Positions 19,734 through 29,327 of a stretch of 64,000 bases of DNA are shown piece by piece; position 1 is the first letter of the stretch, and each line of letters starts with the position of its first letter. The translations under genes and the position numbers were made by a program. This DNA comes from Alphaproteobacteria bacterium (GTDB taxonomy: Bacteria; Pseudomonadota; Alphaproteobacteria; UBA9219). Where the stretch lies: assembly GCA_009779745.1 (NCBI GenBank), contig WRDR01000004.1:3713-67712 (forward strand). The letters are read 5' to 3'. Below the pieces are notes generated by a model. That model searched no databases and was not told the DNA's origin. It saw only the letters and a list, made by a program, of their open reading frames with translations.

Positions 19734-19954
19734 TGTGAAATTTGAAATGTGAAATGTGGAATTAGGGCTGCTGTAATAGAATCTTCCAATAAACAGAAAT
19801 AAGAGTGTGTTACGCATGATACTTAATGCTAAACTTTAATCACAATTATTTCTAACATTCAGAGTCTTGTTTATTTTAAATTTACTTTTGTTTAGCATCA
19901 TGTGAAGCTATACTGTTTTGTGATTCTATGAATTCTAATAACTATTAAGATTGT

Positions 19955-21988
19955 TTGCAGCTCATGTCCTTGTCTCACGCCAAAAAACATCTGTGTTTCG
20001 TCTCTCTTGCAGCTATTATGGTTACTGCCATGCCGGCCCCTGCTCAGAGCAGTATTCTGCAAACAAACCAAGACGATTCATTAACACCGCACGGATTCGT
20101 CAGCGGTGTTCCTCTGAAAGCCGGAGACTTGACTCTGGAAGATGTGATAAAAGCTAACACAAAAAATACTTCAAAACTTCCCAGAGCTCCTCAGATAAGC
20201 GGTGCCATGATATCCGAAGGTATGCAAACTATTATGCAGAGATATAAGATTGATAAGGCTGCATCTCAGGCCGGACCTATAATTCCCGTATCATCGACTC
20301 CTCCTGCGACTGATGCTGCCGTTGCTCAAGCTGACTCCTCTGTACCTGCCGGCACTGAAGCTATCCAATATGAACCCGGCACAGCCCCTAAAACTCTGGA
20401 TTCTTACACTCCCGCATCTGGTGCTGAAAGGGTAGTCCCTATATCTTCGCCGTCTGACTCGCCGGCACAGACTACCGAAACCAGCAAAGAGTGTTTTAAA
20501 AACGTAAAACGCTGGATTAAATCATGCGCTGATGCCGGGTATCCGGGTACTTTTGCAGGCAGAGTTGTCGGCGAGACTCGCGAGGTGTGCGATACAGGAG
20601 AGCTGAAAGATTTTTGGGTAGAAAATACTTGCAAGCCGGAAGGCGCAGCTCCTGTTAAAAATGAAACTATAGCTGTCTCTTCTGAAGAAAAAATCCAAAA
20701 GACAAACACTGTTGCTGAAGAGACTGAAAAAACCGAAGAGATAGCTCCTGTTAAATACAAGAAATCCGGAGGGTTTTTCTCGTTCATAACCGACTTTTTC
20801 GGAAGCGGAGACAGTGAAAGCGTGAAGCCTCAACCCGCCGAAGTACAAGCAGCACCAAGAGAAGAAGTCAAGACAGAGACTGTTTCAGTTCCTGCTGTCA
20901 GGCAGACTTCCTCGGTGCCGGATTTCTGCGGAGAGGCTTCCGAGATGCTGGCTTATGAAGCTCCTGTCAGGAATCTTTGCAGATTAGGAACAGCCTCGGA
21001 AGTAAGCGGACAAGGACCTTGGCATTGGACATGTACTAAAGACGGAGTCGCTTCCGAGTGCAAGACATTGTCTTTAGGCGGAATGCCGGCTCCTGTTGCG
21101 GAAAAAACTGCTGCGGCATCTCCGGCAGCCAGTGTCTTGTATGTAGGAGACAAAGAAAATACTGCTGATACAGCAGCAGCTGTTGAGAAGCCAGCAGAAA
21201 AACCAACAGCAGAGAAGCCTGTTTGCGGTTCTGTTGAAGCGTCTTTGAAGGCTCCCGGCGAAGGGCTTTGCGCTGTTGGAACTCCTACGAAAGTAAGCAC
21301 TAAAGGAAGCAACTGGACTTGGTCTTGCAGCAGCGGTACAAAAGTTTCCTGTAAGGCTCCTAAGATTATAAATGCTGCTTGCGGCAAGGCGGACAGCACG
21401 CTGGTATCTGCTGCGCCAAAAAACAACTTGTGTGCTTCCGGAACAGCAGGAGCCGTATCTAAGCACGAAAATCAATGGTCTTGGACTTGCAAGGGCGCAA
21501 ATACCGGCGCGGATGCCGAGTGTTTTGCGTTAGAAAAAGTAGAGGAAAAGAAGCCTGAGCCGGTAAGCACTCCTGCTCCTGTCAGCACCCCTGCCCCTGT
21601 TTCCGAGCCTATGAAAGCACCGGAAGCATCTCCGCAAGCAGCCGCTGAAACGAACTTGAATAAAGAAGACAGGGAACTTCTTGTTAACGGCGCTGTTATT
21701 TCTTTCTCTGAAGGCGACAAAGAATTAAAGCGCGCAGGCAAAAAGACTCTGGACCGTGCTGCGGTCCTGATGTCTTCTTCTAAGAATATAAAGCTGTCTC
21801 TTATGGGCTATGCCGGAGGTCTCAATATAACTGCCCGCGATGCAAAGAGGCTGTCGCTTGCAAGGACATTAGTCATACGTGATTACCTTGTATCAAAAGG
21901 CATTGAAGAAAGCCGCATAACAGTATTCGCTTGGGGGCTTTCTCCTGATGAAGATACAGAGCGCGTTGATTTAAAGTTCTCTGAATAA
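19955..21988 (+). CDS. OmpA-family outer-membrane / peptidoglycan-associated protein with three tandem Cys-rich modules
   Basis: An N-terminal signal peptide is followed by three ~45-aa modules of pattern C-G-x6-8-LC-x-GT-x4-S-x3-4-W-x-W-x-C-x6-8-C. Their anchors are CGEASEML…WHWTC…ECKT, CGSVEASL…WTWSC…SCKA and CGKADSTL…WSWTC…ECFA. A Pro-rich linker (PEPVSTPAPVSTPAPVSEP) follows. The C-terminus has an OmpA-like domain (…RLSLARTLVIRDYLVSKGIEESRITVFAWG). Confidence 0.65.
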   Translation: MQLMSLSHAKKHLCFVSLAAIMVTAMPAPAQSSILQTNQDDSLTPHGFVSGVPLKAGDLTLEDVIKANTKNTSKLPRAPQISGAMISEGMQTIMQRYKIDKAASQAGPIIPVSSTPPATDAAVAQADSSVPAGTEAIQYEPGTAPKTLDSYTPASGAERVVPISSPSDSPAQTTETSKECFKNVKRWIKSCADAGYPGTFAGRVVGETREVCDTGELKDFWVENTCKPEGAAPVKNETIAVSSEEKIQKTNTVAEETEKTEEIAPVKYKKSGGFFSFITDFFGSGDSESVKPQPAEVQAAPREEVKTETVSVPAVRQTSSVPDFCGEASEMLAYEAPVRNLCRLGTASEVSGQGPWHWTCTKDGVASECKTLSLGGMPAPVAEKTAAASPAASVLYVGDKENTADTAAAVEKPAEKPTAEKPVCGSVEASLKAPGEGLCAVGTPTKVSTKGSNWTWSCSSGTKVSCKAPKIINAACGKADSTLVSAAPKNNLCASGTAGAVSKHENQWSWTCKGANTGADAECFALEKVEEKKPEPVSTPAPVSTPAPVSEPMKAPEASPQAAAETNLNKEDRELLVNGAVISFSEGDKELKRAGKKTLDRAAVLMSSSKNIKLSLMGYAGGLNITARDAKRLSLARTLVIRDYLVSKGIEESRITVFAWGLSPDEDTERVDLKFSE

Positions 21989-21989
21989 A

Positions 21990-22166
21990 ATGAAACACAT
22001 CATACGACTGGCAACAGAATCCGATAGCGAAGCTATATTAAATATCTATGCGCCTTATGTGAGAGACACTGCTTTTTCTTTCGAGTACGAAGTTCCAACT
22101 GTTGCTGAATTTTCTCGTCGAATAAAAGAAATTTCTAAACAATATCCGTACGACACTTCACATTAA
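21990..22166 (+). pseudogene. Truncated GNAT (phosphinothricin-acetyltransferase-like) N-terminal fragment, 58 codons
   Basis: The ORF translates to MKHIIRLATESDSEAILNIYAPYVRDTAFSFEYEVPTVAEFSRRIKEISKQYPYDTSH*, the first ~1/3 of a PAT-type GNAT. It ends inside the dispersed repeat motif cacttcacatt. Confidence 0.5.
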
Positions 22167-22718
22167 ATGTTCAAGTAGTATCTTGAAACCTATCAATATC
22201 AGTATGATTCCGCCTGCAAGTTCTGCTTTTGATTTGAATTTCATGCCGAAAATACTGCCGATTTTTACACCGATCATAGATAAAACAAACGTAATAATAC
22301 CGATGGAAAGAGCAGCAGGCACAATATTAACTTGAAGAAAAGCAAACGACACTCCAACAGCTAACGCATCAATACTGGTCGCAATAGCCAGAGGAAACAT
22401 CGTTTTAAAATCTAACGGTTTTTCGGCGCTTTCAGAACAATTTTCTTTTTCGAAACTCTCCGCTATCATTTTTCCGCCGATAAAACATAGCAGGGCAAAT
22501 GCAATCCAATGGTCAAAAGCTGTAATCTTATCCGCAAACTGTGCTGCAAACACATAACCGATAATCGGCATAGCAGCCTGAAAAACACCGAAATACATAC
22601 CAATAATCAGTGATTTCTTGATAGTCACTCTCGCCATAGTCAAGCCAAAGCAAGTTGCTACGGCGAAAGCGTCCATTGAAAGCCCGACAGCGATTAAGAA
22701 TAGTAGTAATAAGCTCAT
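22158..22718 (-). CDS. mntP: Manganese efflux pump MntP
   Basis: The N-terminus MSLLLLFLIAVGLSMDAFAVAT and the internal duplicated DUF204 half (…LAIATSIDALAVGVSF) are both present. The protein is 186 aa. Confidence 0.85.
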   Translation of the reverse strand: MSLLLLFLIAVGLSMDAFAVATCFGLTMARVTIKKSLIIGMYFGVFQAAMPIIGYVFAAQFADKITAFDHWIAFALLCFIGGKMIAESFEKENCSESAEKPLDFKTMFPLAIATSIDALAVGVSFAFLQVNIVPAALSIGIITFVLSMIGVKIGSIFGMKFKSKAELAGGIILILIGFKILLEHLM

Positions 22719-22726
22719 TATATTTT

Positions 22727-22933
22727 CTATGCAATAATATCCGGAAGCAGCTTGCTTTCCGCTTTGACTATCTCGTCTCTCACTGTCAGCTTTCTCTTTT
22801 TAAGACGCTGAATCTGTATCATGTCCGGCACCGATAATCCGGAAAGCGCCTGTATGGCATCATCTAAATCACGATGCTCCCCCCGCAAAATAGTAAGCGT
22901 TTCTTTCAGCTTTTCTTGTTCAATCTTGTTCAT
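22727..22933 (-). CDS. DUF465 (YdcH-like) small protein
   Basis: The protein reads MNKIEQEKLKETLTILRGEHRDLDDAIQALS…DMIQIQRLKKRKLTVRDEIVKAESKL. The ORF-track start at 22996 adds a Cys-rich, low-complexity N-terminus that is probably not translated. Confidence 0.6.
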   Translation of the reverse strand: MNKIEQEKLKETLTILRGEHRDLDDAIQALSGLSVPDMIQIQRLKKRKLTVRDEIVKAESKLLPDIIA

Positions 22934-23032
22934 ACCGGACAATATACCACTTATCTTACACTGCACGCAACAACAAAGAAAAAGGCGATAGAGCATTCTA
23001 TCGCCTTTTTCACACTCATCTCACAAAAACTG

Positions 23033-23410
23033 TTACTTAAGTTCGACAGTAGCTCCGGCCGCTTCAAGAGCCTTCTTGAACTTCTCAGCATCAGCCTTGC
23101 TTACACCTTCCTTAACAGGCTTCGGCGCACCTTCGACCAAGTCCTTTGCTTCCTTCAGACCAAGTCCGGTAATGCCGCGAACTTCCTTAATGACTTCAAT
23201 CTTCTTGTCGCCTACGCCGGCAAGAACAACAGTAAACTCTGTCTTCTCTTCAGCCGCAGCAGCTTCACCGCCGCCGCCTCCGGCAACTGCTACAGCAACA
23301 GGAGCTGCAGCACTCACTCCCCACTTTTCCTCTAAAGCCTTGGACAGCTCCGCAGCCTCGAGTACGGTAAGAGTAGACAATTCTTCAACTAACTTTTCAA
23401 TCTTCGACAT
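23033..23410 (-). CDS. rplL: 50S ribosomal protein L7/L12
   Basis: The protein reads [32 protein letters not shown]…[40 protein letters not shown]. Confidence 0.95.
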   Translation of the reverse strand: MSKIEKLVEELSTLTVLEAAELSKALEEKWGVSAAAPVAVAVAGGGGGEAAAAEEKTEFTVVLAGVGDKKIEVIKEVRGITGLGLKEAKDLVEGAPKPVKEGVSKADAEKFKKALEAAGATVELK

Positions 23411-23475
23411 AATTTTCTCCTTTTTTGTTAAACTATATTATAAAAACCTCTTGCTATTCAAAAACAGCAAAACCC

Positions 23476-24003
23476 TTAAGCTCCCTGCTTGCTTCTTGCC
23501 GACATAACCCTTGCCAGCTGACCCGCAGGAGCCTGAAGAACACCGGCAATCTTAGTCGCAGGTGCCTGAACCAAACCAATAATCTTTGCTCTAAGCTGAT
23601 CCAGAGAAGGCAGCGAAGCCAGCATTTTAACCTGCTGCGCCTCCATTAGCTCTCCGTTCATAACAGCTCCAACAACCTTGAAGCTCTCGTTTTTCTTAGA
23701 GAACTCTGCCGATACCTTAGCCGCAGCTACAGGATCCTTAGAAAAAGCAAGTACAGTCGGACCCTGCAAAAATTTCTCCAGCGCAGAGAACGGTCCCTTT
23801 TCAATCACCCGCTTTATCAGAGTATTTTTTGCTATCTTAAGCCCTACGCCTTCCGCCCGCATAGCAACTCTGAGAGATCTTGTTTGATCGGCATTAAGGC
23901 CCATCTGTTGATTTACAACGATGATAGAAGCATCTTTTATCTCATCACCAATTTCTTTGACTAGCTTTTCTTTTTCCAGCCTGTTTTCACTTAACTCGGA
24001 CAT
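23476..24003 (-). CDS. rplJ: 50S ribosomal protein L10
   Basis: The protein is 175 aa with the L10 fold. It lies directly upstream of rplL, separated by a 65-nt spacer. Confidence 0.9.
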   Translation of the reverse strand: MSELSENRLEKEKLVKEIGDEIKDASIIVVNQQMGLNADQTRSLRVAMRAEGVGLKIAKNTLIKRVIEKGPFSALEKFLQGPTVLAFSKDPVAAAKVSAEFSKKNESFKVVGAVMNGELMEAQQVKMLASLPSLDQLRAKIIGLVQAPATKIAGVLQAPAGQLARVMSARSKQGA

Positions 24004-24274
24004 ATTTTTCTCCTCAGTCCCTTTAATTAGGATTGTGATATTTCATATCGAGGAAAAACGGAGAATAGAAAGAAGGTACAAAAATATGCTCAGCCGCACC
24101 GGCTGCTATGATTTTTTATACTTACACTATCTATGCTGGTTATTAAGAGTTAAAACTCACCCGCAGTCTTCGATATGTCAATAACTTGAAAGAGGTGTTA
24201 CACGATACTTATGCAAAAAGCAAGCATTTTTTTAAATAATAAATAAGAATGCAGAAATATTTCTGCATTCTTCA

Positions 24275-24625
24275 TTAACCAATTTTCGGCATATCTTTCC
24301 CAGCCAAAACATGCACATGATAGTGCATTACTCTTTGTCCAGCATCATGTCCCGAATTAGTCAGCAGCTTAAACCCCTCTGTTATGCCGGCAGCTATAAC
24401 AGCCTTGTGTATGCCCTTATAGAAGCCGATAATCTCAGAATCATCTGCAACCTTTATAAAATCTACATAATCTCTGTACGGTCCCTTGGGAATCACTAAA
24501 AAATGTATGGCTGCTGCAGGCTCTATGTTATTAAAAGCAAGCACAAAATCGTCCTCATACACCACAGTGCACGGTGCTTCTTTCCTTAGAATCTTAGCAA
24601 ATATATTCTCGGAATCATAATTCAT
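24275..24625 (-). CDS. HIT-family (HinT-like) nucleotide hydrolase
   Basis: The histidine-triad motif HYHVHVLAG is present. The protein is 116 aa. Confidence 0.85.
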   Translation of the reverse strand: MNYDSENIFAKILRKEAPCTVVYEDDFVLAFNNIEPAAAIHFLVIPKGPYRDYVDFIKVADDSEIIGFYKGIHKAVIAAGITEGFKLLTNSGHDAGQRVMHYHVHVLAGKDMPKIG

Positions 24626-24908
24626 CTTAGTACCTTTCTTAATAAATACCCTTACAGAGGGTACTAAATATTTCTTATTTCTGCAAATAAAAAGGCGAGG
24701 AATTGATTTCCCCGCCTTAACTCATTATTTTTAGAGCATATTTCGGTTAGATATTACAGTAATACCGAGCAAAAATGAGATGAATGCTAGGAGCAAGTCC
24801 GCAGGAATATCGAATATATTTCTAGGGCTTGCGACAACGCAGTCGCTCATTTTTGCGAAGAGCCGACTTGTCCTCCGTAGCCTGAAGGGCGTAGGAGGAA
24901 GGCGTGTA

Positions 24909-25523
24909 TTATCTGGAATAGAACTCGATGACCAGATTCGGCTCCATAAGCACCGGATAAGGAACATCGCTCAATGCAGGAGTTCTCACAAAAACTCCCT
25001 TCATTTCCTTATGGTCTACAGTTATGTAGTCAGGCACATCACGTTCAGCCAACTCAACAGACACAAGAACCGCAGTCATCTGTTTCGCCTTAGAACGCAG
25101 TTCTATGGTGTCTCCGTCTCTCACCTGATAGGAAGGAATATTCACTCTTTTTCCGTTCACAAGCACATGCCCGTGATTAACAACCTGTCTGGCTGCGAAC
25201 ACTGTAGGCGCAAACTTCATGCGGTACACTACGGCATCAAGCCTGCGCTCCAGCAGTTGAATTAAAATCTCGCCGGTATTGCCGCGGCGGCGAGTGGCTT
25301 CCTGATAGTAACGTCTGAATTGACGCTCACCAATGTTGCCGTAATAGCCGCGCAGCTTTTGTTTAGCCCTTAACTGCACGCCGTAGTCAGAGAGCTTGCC
25401 GCGCGCCTGACCGTGCTGACCGGGACCGTAGTCTCTTTTATTTATAGGGCTTTTAGGTCTTCCCCAGATATTGGCTCCGAGTCTTCTGTCAATCTTGTAT
25501 TTCGCATTAATTCTTTTAGTCAT
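24909..25523 (-). CDS. rpsD: 30S ribosomal protein S4
   Basis: The N-terminus [39 protein letters not shown] is the S4 signature. The protein is 204 aa. Confidence 0.95.
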   Translation of the reverse strand: MTKRINAKYKIDRRLGANIWGRPKSPINKRDYGPGQHGQARGKLSDYGVQLRAKQKLRGYYGNIGERQFRRYYQEATRRRGNTGEILIQLLERRLDAVVYRMKFAPTVFAARQVVNHGHVLVNGKRVNIPSYQVRDGDTIELRSKAKQMTAVLVSVELAERDVPDYITVDHKEMKGVFVRTPALSDVPYPVLMEPNLVIEFYSR

Positions 25524-25706
25524 TACTTTATCTCTTACTTTAGATATTTGTCCCGATAGTCTTCCTGCCCGAATAATAATCCGCCAAGAAACGTGATGAA
25601 TTGCACCTATGCAACCACCCTCATTTTCGGAAATTGGCTTTCTTATAGGCGAAATTACGGCGAAAAGTCAATAGAAATGTGGAATTATTAGAAATTATAG
25701 TCAATT

Positions 25707-26450
25707 CTAAATTTTACATTCTAAATTACACAAAGGGCACTCTTCTTTTCCGGAAAAACTGCACTTATTCATGATGCCCTTATCGCAAAACTCGCATAAT
25801 GCCCTAGTACTAGGCATGATTACAGATCCTTTAGTCACAATAAATCCCTTATCTTTAAAGGTTTGCAGCGTCCTTGATAAAGTCTCCGGCTTTATGCCCA
25901 AGTACGAGGCTATATAAGACTTATCAAACGGCAGAACTATGTCTTGTCCGTTAGGATCTGTCATAAATCTTAGTTTCAATAAAAAGCGTCCTACTCTTTG
26001 AGTCGCAGTTTTCAGCGTCAGTCCTTCTATGTGATACCGCAGCTCTCTGCACCTCTCAGAGCACATATTAAGCATATTGGACGCAAAAATAATAGAATTC
26101 TTCTGAGCAGCGTTAACAGCCCCAACCGGTATAGATAAAACACTAACCTGCGTCAGAGCCTGAACGCTCACAGTAGATATTTCAAAATGTTCTCTGTTTA
26201 TAAAAGGTTCTGTAATAAATTCCCCTTGCCTGAACAATTGCAAAACAGTCTCTTGCCCTTCTTCATTGCCTCCGCACACTCCGCACCAGCCTTCCAATAC
26301 AACATAGTACTTAGAAATCTGATCGTCCTGAGACAGCAAAAAAGCCCCCTTAGAAAACTGCATCTTGCTAGATCCAGACAGCATCTCCTGCATTATATTC
26401 AATTCTACGTTTTTGAATATAGACAAAAAAGAATATCCTAAAAAATCCAT
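25707..26450 (-). CDS. Crp/Fnr-family transcriptional regulator with a C-terminal Cys-rich extension
   Basis: It has a cNMP-binding-like N-terminal domain and an HTH (SYIASYLGIKPETLSRTLQTFKDKGFI). After the HTH there is an unusual tail with seven Cys residues (CEFCDKGIMNKCSFSGKEECPLCNLEC). Confidence 0.65.
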   Translation of the reverse strand: MDFLGYSFLSIFKNVELNIMQEMLSGSSKMQFSKGAFLLSQDDQISKYYVVLEGWCGVCGGNEEGQETVLQLFRQGEFITEPFINREHFEISTVSVQALTQVSVLSIPVGAVNAAQKNSIIFASNMLNMCSERCRELRYHIEGLTLKTATQRVGRFLLKLRFMTDPNGQDIVLPFDKSYIASYLGIKPETLSRTLQTFKDKGFIVTKGSVIMPSTRALCEFCDKGIMNKCSFSGKEECPLCNLECKI

Positions 26451-26862
26451 AGCTTTTACCGCCTTTTTAAGGTAATACCTTAACTTGTTTTTCTTAATGT
26501 TCTACATTAGATTGTTTGGGCAATCATTTGTATGATATACATAATTTATATAGTAATACCAAATCCTCAGATAATGGATTTGATAATTCTCAACTCCGCA
26601 TGATCTATATCGCTATCACTTAGAGTATTGTCATTAACGCTTTTTTAAATAAATCTCAAGCCTTTTTTACAAACTCCCTATTCTATGCGTTTTTTAAAAA
26701 TCCCTGCTTGCAAAAATACAACACCCCCCAGATATACAATGGACGAATCAGCTATTTACTTGTTATATTTTCTTCTTAACTAGACAAATAACTATTATGT
26801 ATGTAACCTGTGGTGGTTGATTCTGTCTCCTTAATAATCGGATAAATCTGGGGTCCTGTACG

Positions 26863-28188
26863 ATGCTCTCTTACAAAAAATTAACTAAACATGGATATCT
26901 CGCTGCTGTATCCGCTCTCCTTCTTTCCGCAGCCGCCTATCCTTCTTTTGCTCTCGGTGCTGCTAAAAATCCCGAAAGCGGCTCCGTGACTCAGATTCTC
27001 AGCGAATCTTCCTTCCCCGCAGCCGATAATTCTTTCGCAGCCTCCTTGTTCAGCGGTACTGACCCCCTTGCAGGTCTCGACAAATCCTCCGGCACTCTCG
27101 TAGGCGACCGTACTTTGCTCCTGCGTGACGATGCCATAAAGCTCCGTAATTCCGTCAATCTCCACTCTAACGAATTTGCCATAATGCGCGCCGGCGGCGT
27201 TTCTGAAGCTGTTCAATACCACAGCACTGTCGCCGCTATCATAGCAAGATTGCAAAACGGCACTACCCGCGGAAACCCTATTCTGCTCCGCCAGTGGGAA
27301 GACGCTGACGCAGCCCTCAATGAGGTCATGTACTCCCTGAACAGACTCAACACCCTAGAACTGGCTACTAACAGTGATGCCTCCACTGCTTCCTATCTTA
27401 GGGATTCAGTCAATGCCACTTTTGATTTAGCCGGTGCTATTGACGAAGATCATGATGCTCTGCGCGCCGTAAAAGATGAAGTCGCCCGCATATCTATTCA
27501 TTTGGACTCTCTAAGGGAACAGATTAATAACGATATTCAAAGACAGTCTGCCTTTTTGTTGAATGAAAGATCTAATCTGCAATCTCTTGCTCTTTCTATC
27601 AGCCGCGGCGAGCTTATCACCAAACCGGATGTCACCCCTAAGCCGGCTCCTGCCAAGGCTCCGGAGGCTAGGATTTTAGAGACTAAGATTTCAGAGCCTG
27701 TGCTTCAAAATGCAGAGGTAACCCCTGTTGAACAGCGTCCTTTGTTCGCTACTGATAATGATTCTTTCAGGATTTCCGAGCCTACTGACCTTCCTATTTC
27801 TTCTTCGCCTGCGTACTCTTTGGATCCCGTGTCTGCGTCTGCTGCCAATGCCGGCGCAAAGAAGGAACAAATCAACTTGGGGCATTTGCTGGTAAGAATA
27901 CGCTTTGACCAGCCTAATGTCATATACGGACCTCAGCTTAATGAGGCTGTTGAGAATGCCTTGCAAAAAATGCCGGACAGTGATTTCTTTGTGCTGTCTA
28001 TGTACCCTTCGCTGGGAGACGCTGATTTGGTTGCTGAAAATCAACGCACTGCAAAGATGTATGCGGACGAAGTGCGGCGTGCTTTGATTCAGTCGGGTTT
28101 GAATCCGGCCAGAATTAATTTGATTAGCACAGGTTCCGGGACAATCTCGGTGCCGGAGGTTTTGGTTTATATCAAATCTGCCCAATAG
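26863..28188 (+). CDS. Exported hypothetical protein with a coiled-coil middle region and a possible OmpA-like C-terminal domain
   Basis: A signal peptide (LAAVSALLLSAAAYPSFALGAAKN) is present. The C-terminal segment …NQRTAKMYADEVRRALIQSGLNPARINLISTGSGT loosely resembles an OmpA/MotB peptidoglycan-binding motif. Confidence 0.35.
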   Translation: MLSYKKLTKHGYLAAVSALLLSAAAYPSFALGAAKNPESGSVTQILSESSFPAADNSFAASLFSGTDPLAGLDKSSGTLVGDRTLLLRDDAIKLRNSVNLHSNEFAIMRAGGVSEAVQYHSTVAAIIARLQNGTTRGNPILLRQWEDADAALNEVMYSLNRLNTLELATNSDASTASYLRDSVNATFDLAGAIDEDHDALRAVKDEVARISIHLDSLREQINNDIQRQSAFLLNERSNLQSLALSISRGELITKPDVTPKPAPAKAPEARILETKISEPVLQNAEVTPVEQRPLFATDNDSFRISEPTDLPISSSPAYSLDPVSASAANAGAKKEQINLGHLLVRIRFDQPNVIYGPQLNEAVENALQKMPDSDFFVLSMYPSLGDADLVAENQRTAKMYADEVRRALIQSGLNPARINLISTGSGTISVPEVLVYIKSAQ

Positions 28189-28190
28189 TT

Positions 28191-28619
28191 TTATCTGTAA
28201 GGATTTAATGGGGTCGGAAAAGAAAACATATCCGCTCTGGGCGTGATGGGAGTCTGGTAGCTTATCTGTATATTAGGCAGGGAAGCAATGTTCTGATATG
28301 GAGTAACAGGTGCGGGAATCGTATACATGGACGGTTCGGAAACCATGTCCAACTTAGGATATAATATAGGCGGCTCTCTGAACATGTCTGCTTCAACAAT
28401 CTTAGGAATCGGCAAAGTCATGGCATTGAGGTTAGGATCTATGGGCTGGGCAATCCAAAGATTCTGGGGCTCGTTGTCAATAGGCTCCGGAAAGTCGAAT
28501 CTGGATTCTATGAACATGCTGTCAGCAAGAGCAGCAGTCGCAAAAAAGAAACTCATCAAAAAACATAAAACAGGCATTTCTATATCCGTAAAATAGGTGT
28601 ATAATAGGGCATGATACAC
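28191..28619 (-). CDS. Hypothetical Pro-rich exported protein
   Basis: A hydrophobic N-terminus is followed by proline-rich repeats (PIPKIV…PAPVTPY…PITP). No domain was recognised. Confidence 0.3.
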   Translation of the reverse strand: MYHALLYTYFTDIEMPVLCFLMSFFFATAALADSMFIESRFDFPEPIDNEPQNLWIAQPIDPNLNAMTLPIPKIVEADMFREPPILYPKLDMVSEPSMYTIPAPVTPYQNIASLPNIQISYQTPITPRADMFSFPTPLNPYR

Positions 28620-28639
28620 AAAAAGAAATACTTTCGGAT

Positions 28640-29236
28640 ATGAAAAAACGCAGCTATTTGAAAATAATATTATTAACAGCCCTAATTATAGGGCTGATTT
28701 ACGCTGCGGACGGGCAGCTTATTAAAAGAGTTATACACTCTTTTGTGCCTGAAAATACGCATATAACAGATGCGCCGGCACATACGGAGATAGCGTTTTC
28801 GCCGAAGCAAGGAGCGCAGGAATTAACAATAAAAGTTGTGAACTCATCGAAAGAGAGCATAAAAATAGCAGCTTATTCGTTTACATCAAGACCTCTGGCA
28901 GAAAGCATAATAGCAGCGAATAAAAGAGGAGTGCAAGTTCAGGTAGTAGTTGATAAAAGTCAAGTTAAGAAAAACAGCAAATCAATAGTGGATCAGCTAT
29001 TGGAAGAGAAAATACCTATAAGAGTAGATTATAAGCACGCTATTCAGCATAATAAGTATATAATAGCAGACGGAAAAACCGTACAAACAGGGTCATTCAA
29101 CTATTCGGCGGCAGCGCAGAACAGAAACGCTGAAAACGTGATAGTATTGTGGAATATTCCGAAAATAGCGAAAATTTATGATGCAAATTGGGAAAATTTG
29201 TGGAATATATCTGAGCCAGTATATAGACTGCATTAA
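28640..29236 (+). CDS. Phospholipase-D-family endonuclease (Nuc-like)
   Basis: An N-terminal signal/TM segment is present, together with a single HKD motif (HNKYIIADGKTVQTGSFNYSAAA) and an earlier GVQVQVVVD strand, as in plasmid Nuc (pKM101) type nucleases. The protein is 198 aa. Confidence 0.7.
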   Translation: MKKRSYLKIILLTALIIGLIYAADGQLIKRVIHSFVPENTHITDAPAHTEIAFSPKQGAQELTIKVVNSSKESIKIAAYSFTSRPLAESIIAANKRGVQVQVVVDKSQVKKNSKSIVDQLLEEKIPIRVDYKHAIQHNKYIIADGKTVQTGSFNYSAAAQNRNAENVIVLWNIPKIAKIYDANWENLWNISEPVYRLH

Positions 29237-29244
29237 GGCATTAT

Positions 29245-29321
29245 GGCCCCGTAGCTCAGTTGGATAGAGCAACAGCCTTCTAAGCTGTGGGTCAGACGTT
29301 CGAATCGTCTCGGGGTCGCCA
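29245..29321 (+). tRNA. tRNA-Arg (TCT)
   Basis: The sequence folds by hand into a cloverleaf: acceptor ggccccg/cggggtc, anticodon stem acagc/gctgt with loop cTTCTaa (anticodon TCT), T-loop ttcgaat, and a 3' GCCA end. The length is 77 nt. Confidence 0.9.
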
Positions 29322-29327
29322 TTTTTT

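Noticed and set aside
22874-23507. ORFs 22874-23335 and 23076-23507 on the + strand.
   Set aside because: They are antisense to rplL and DUF465. The Ala/Pro-rich translations derive from the GC-rich L7/L12 coding sequence.
24780-25265. 161-aa + strand ORF overlapping rpsD.
   Set aside because: It is antisense to the highly conserved S4 gene, and its translation is Arg/Ser-rich without motifs.
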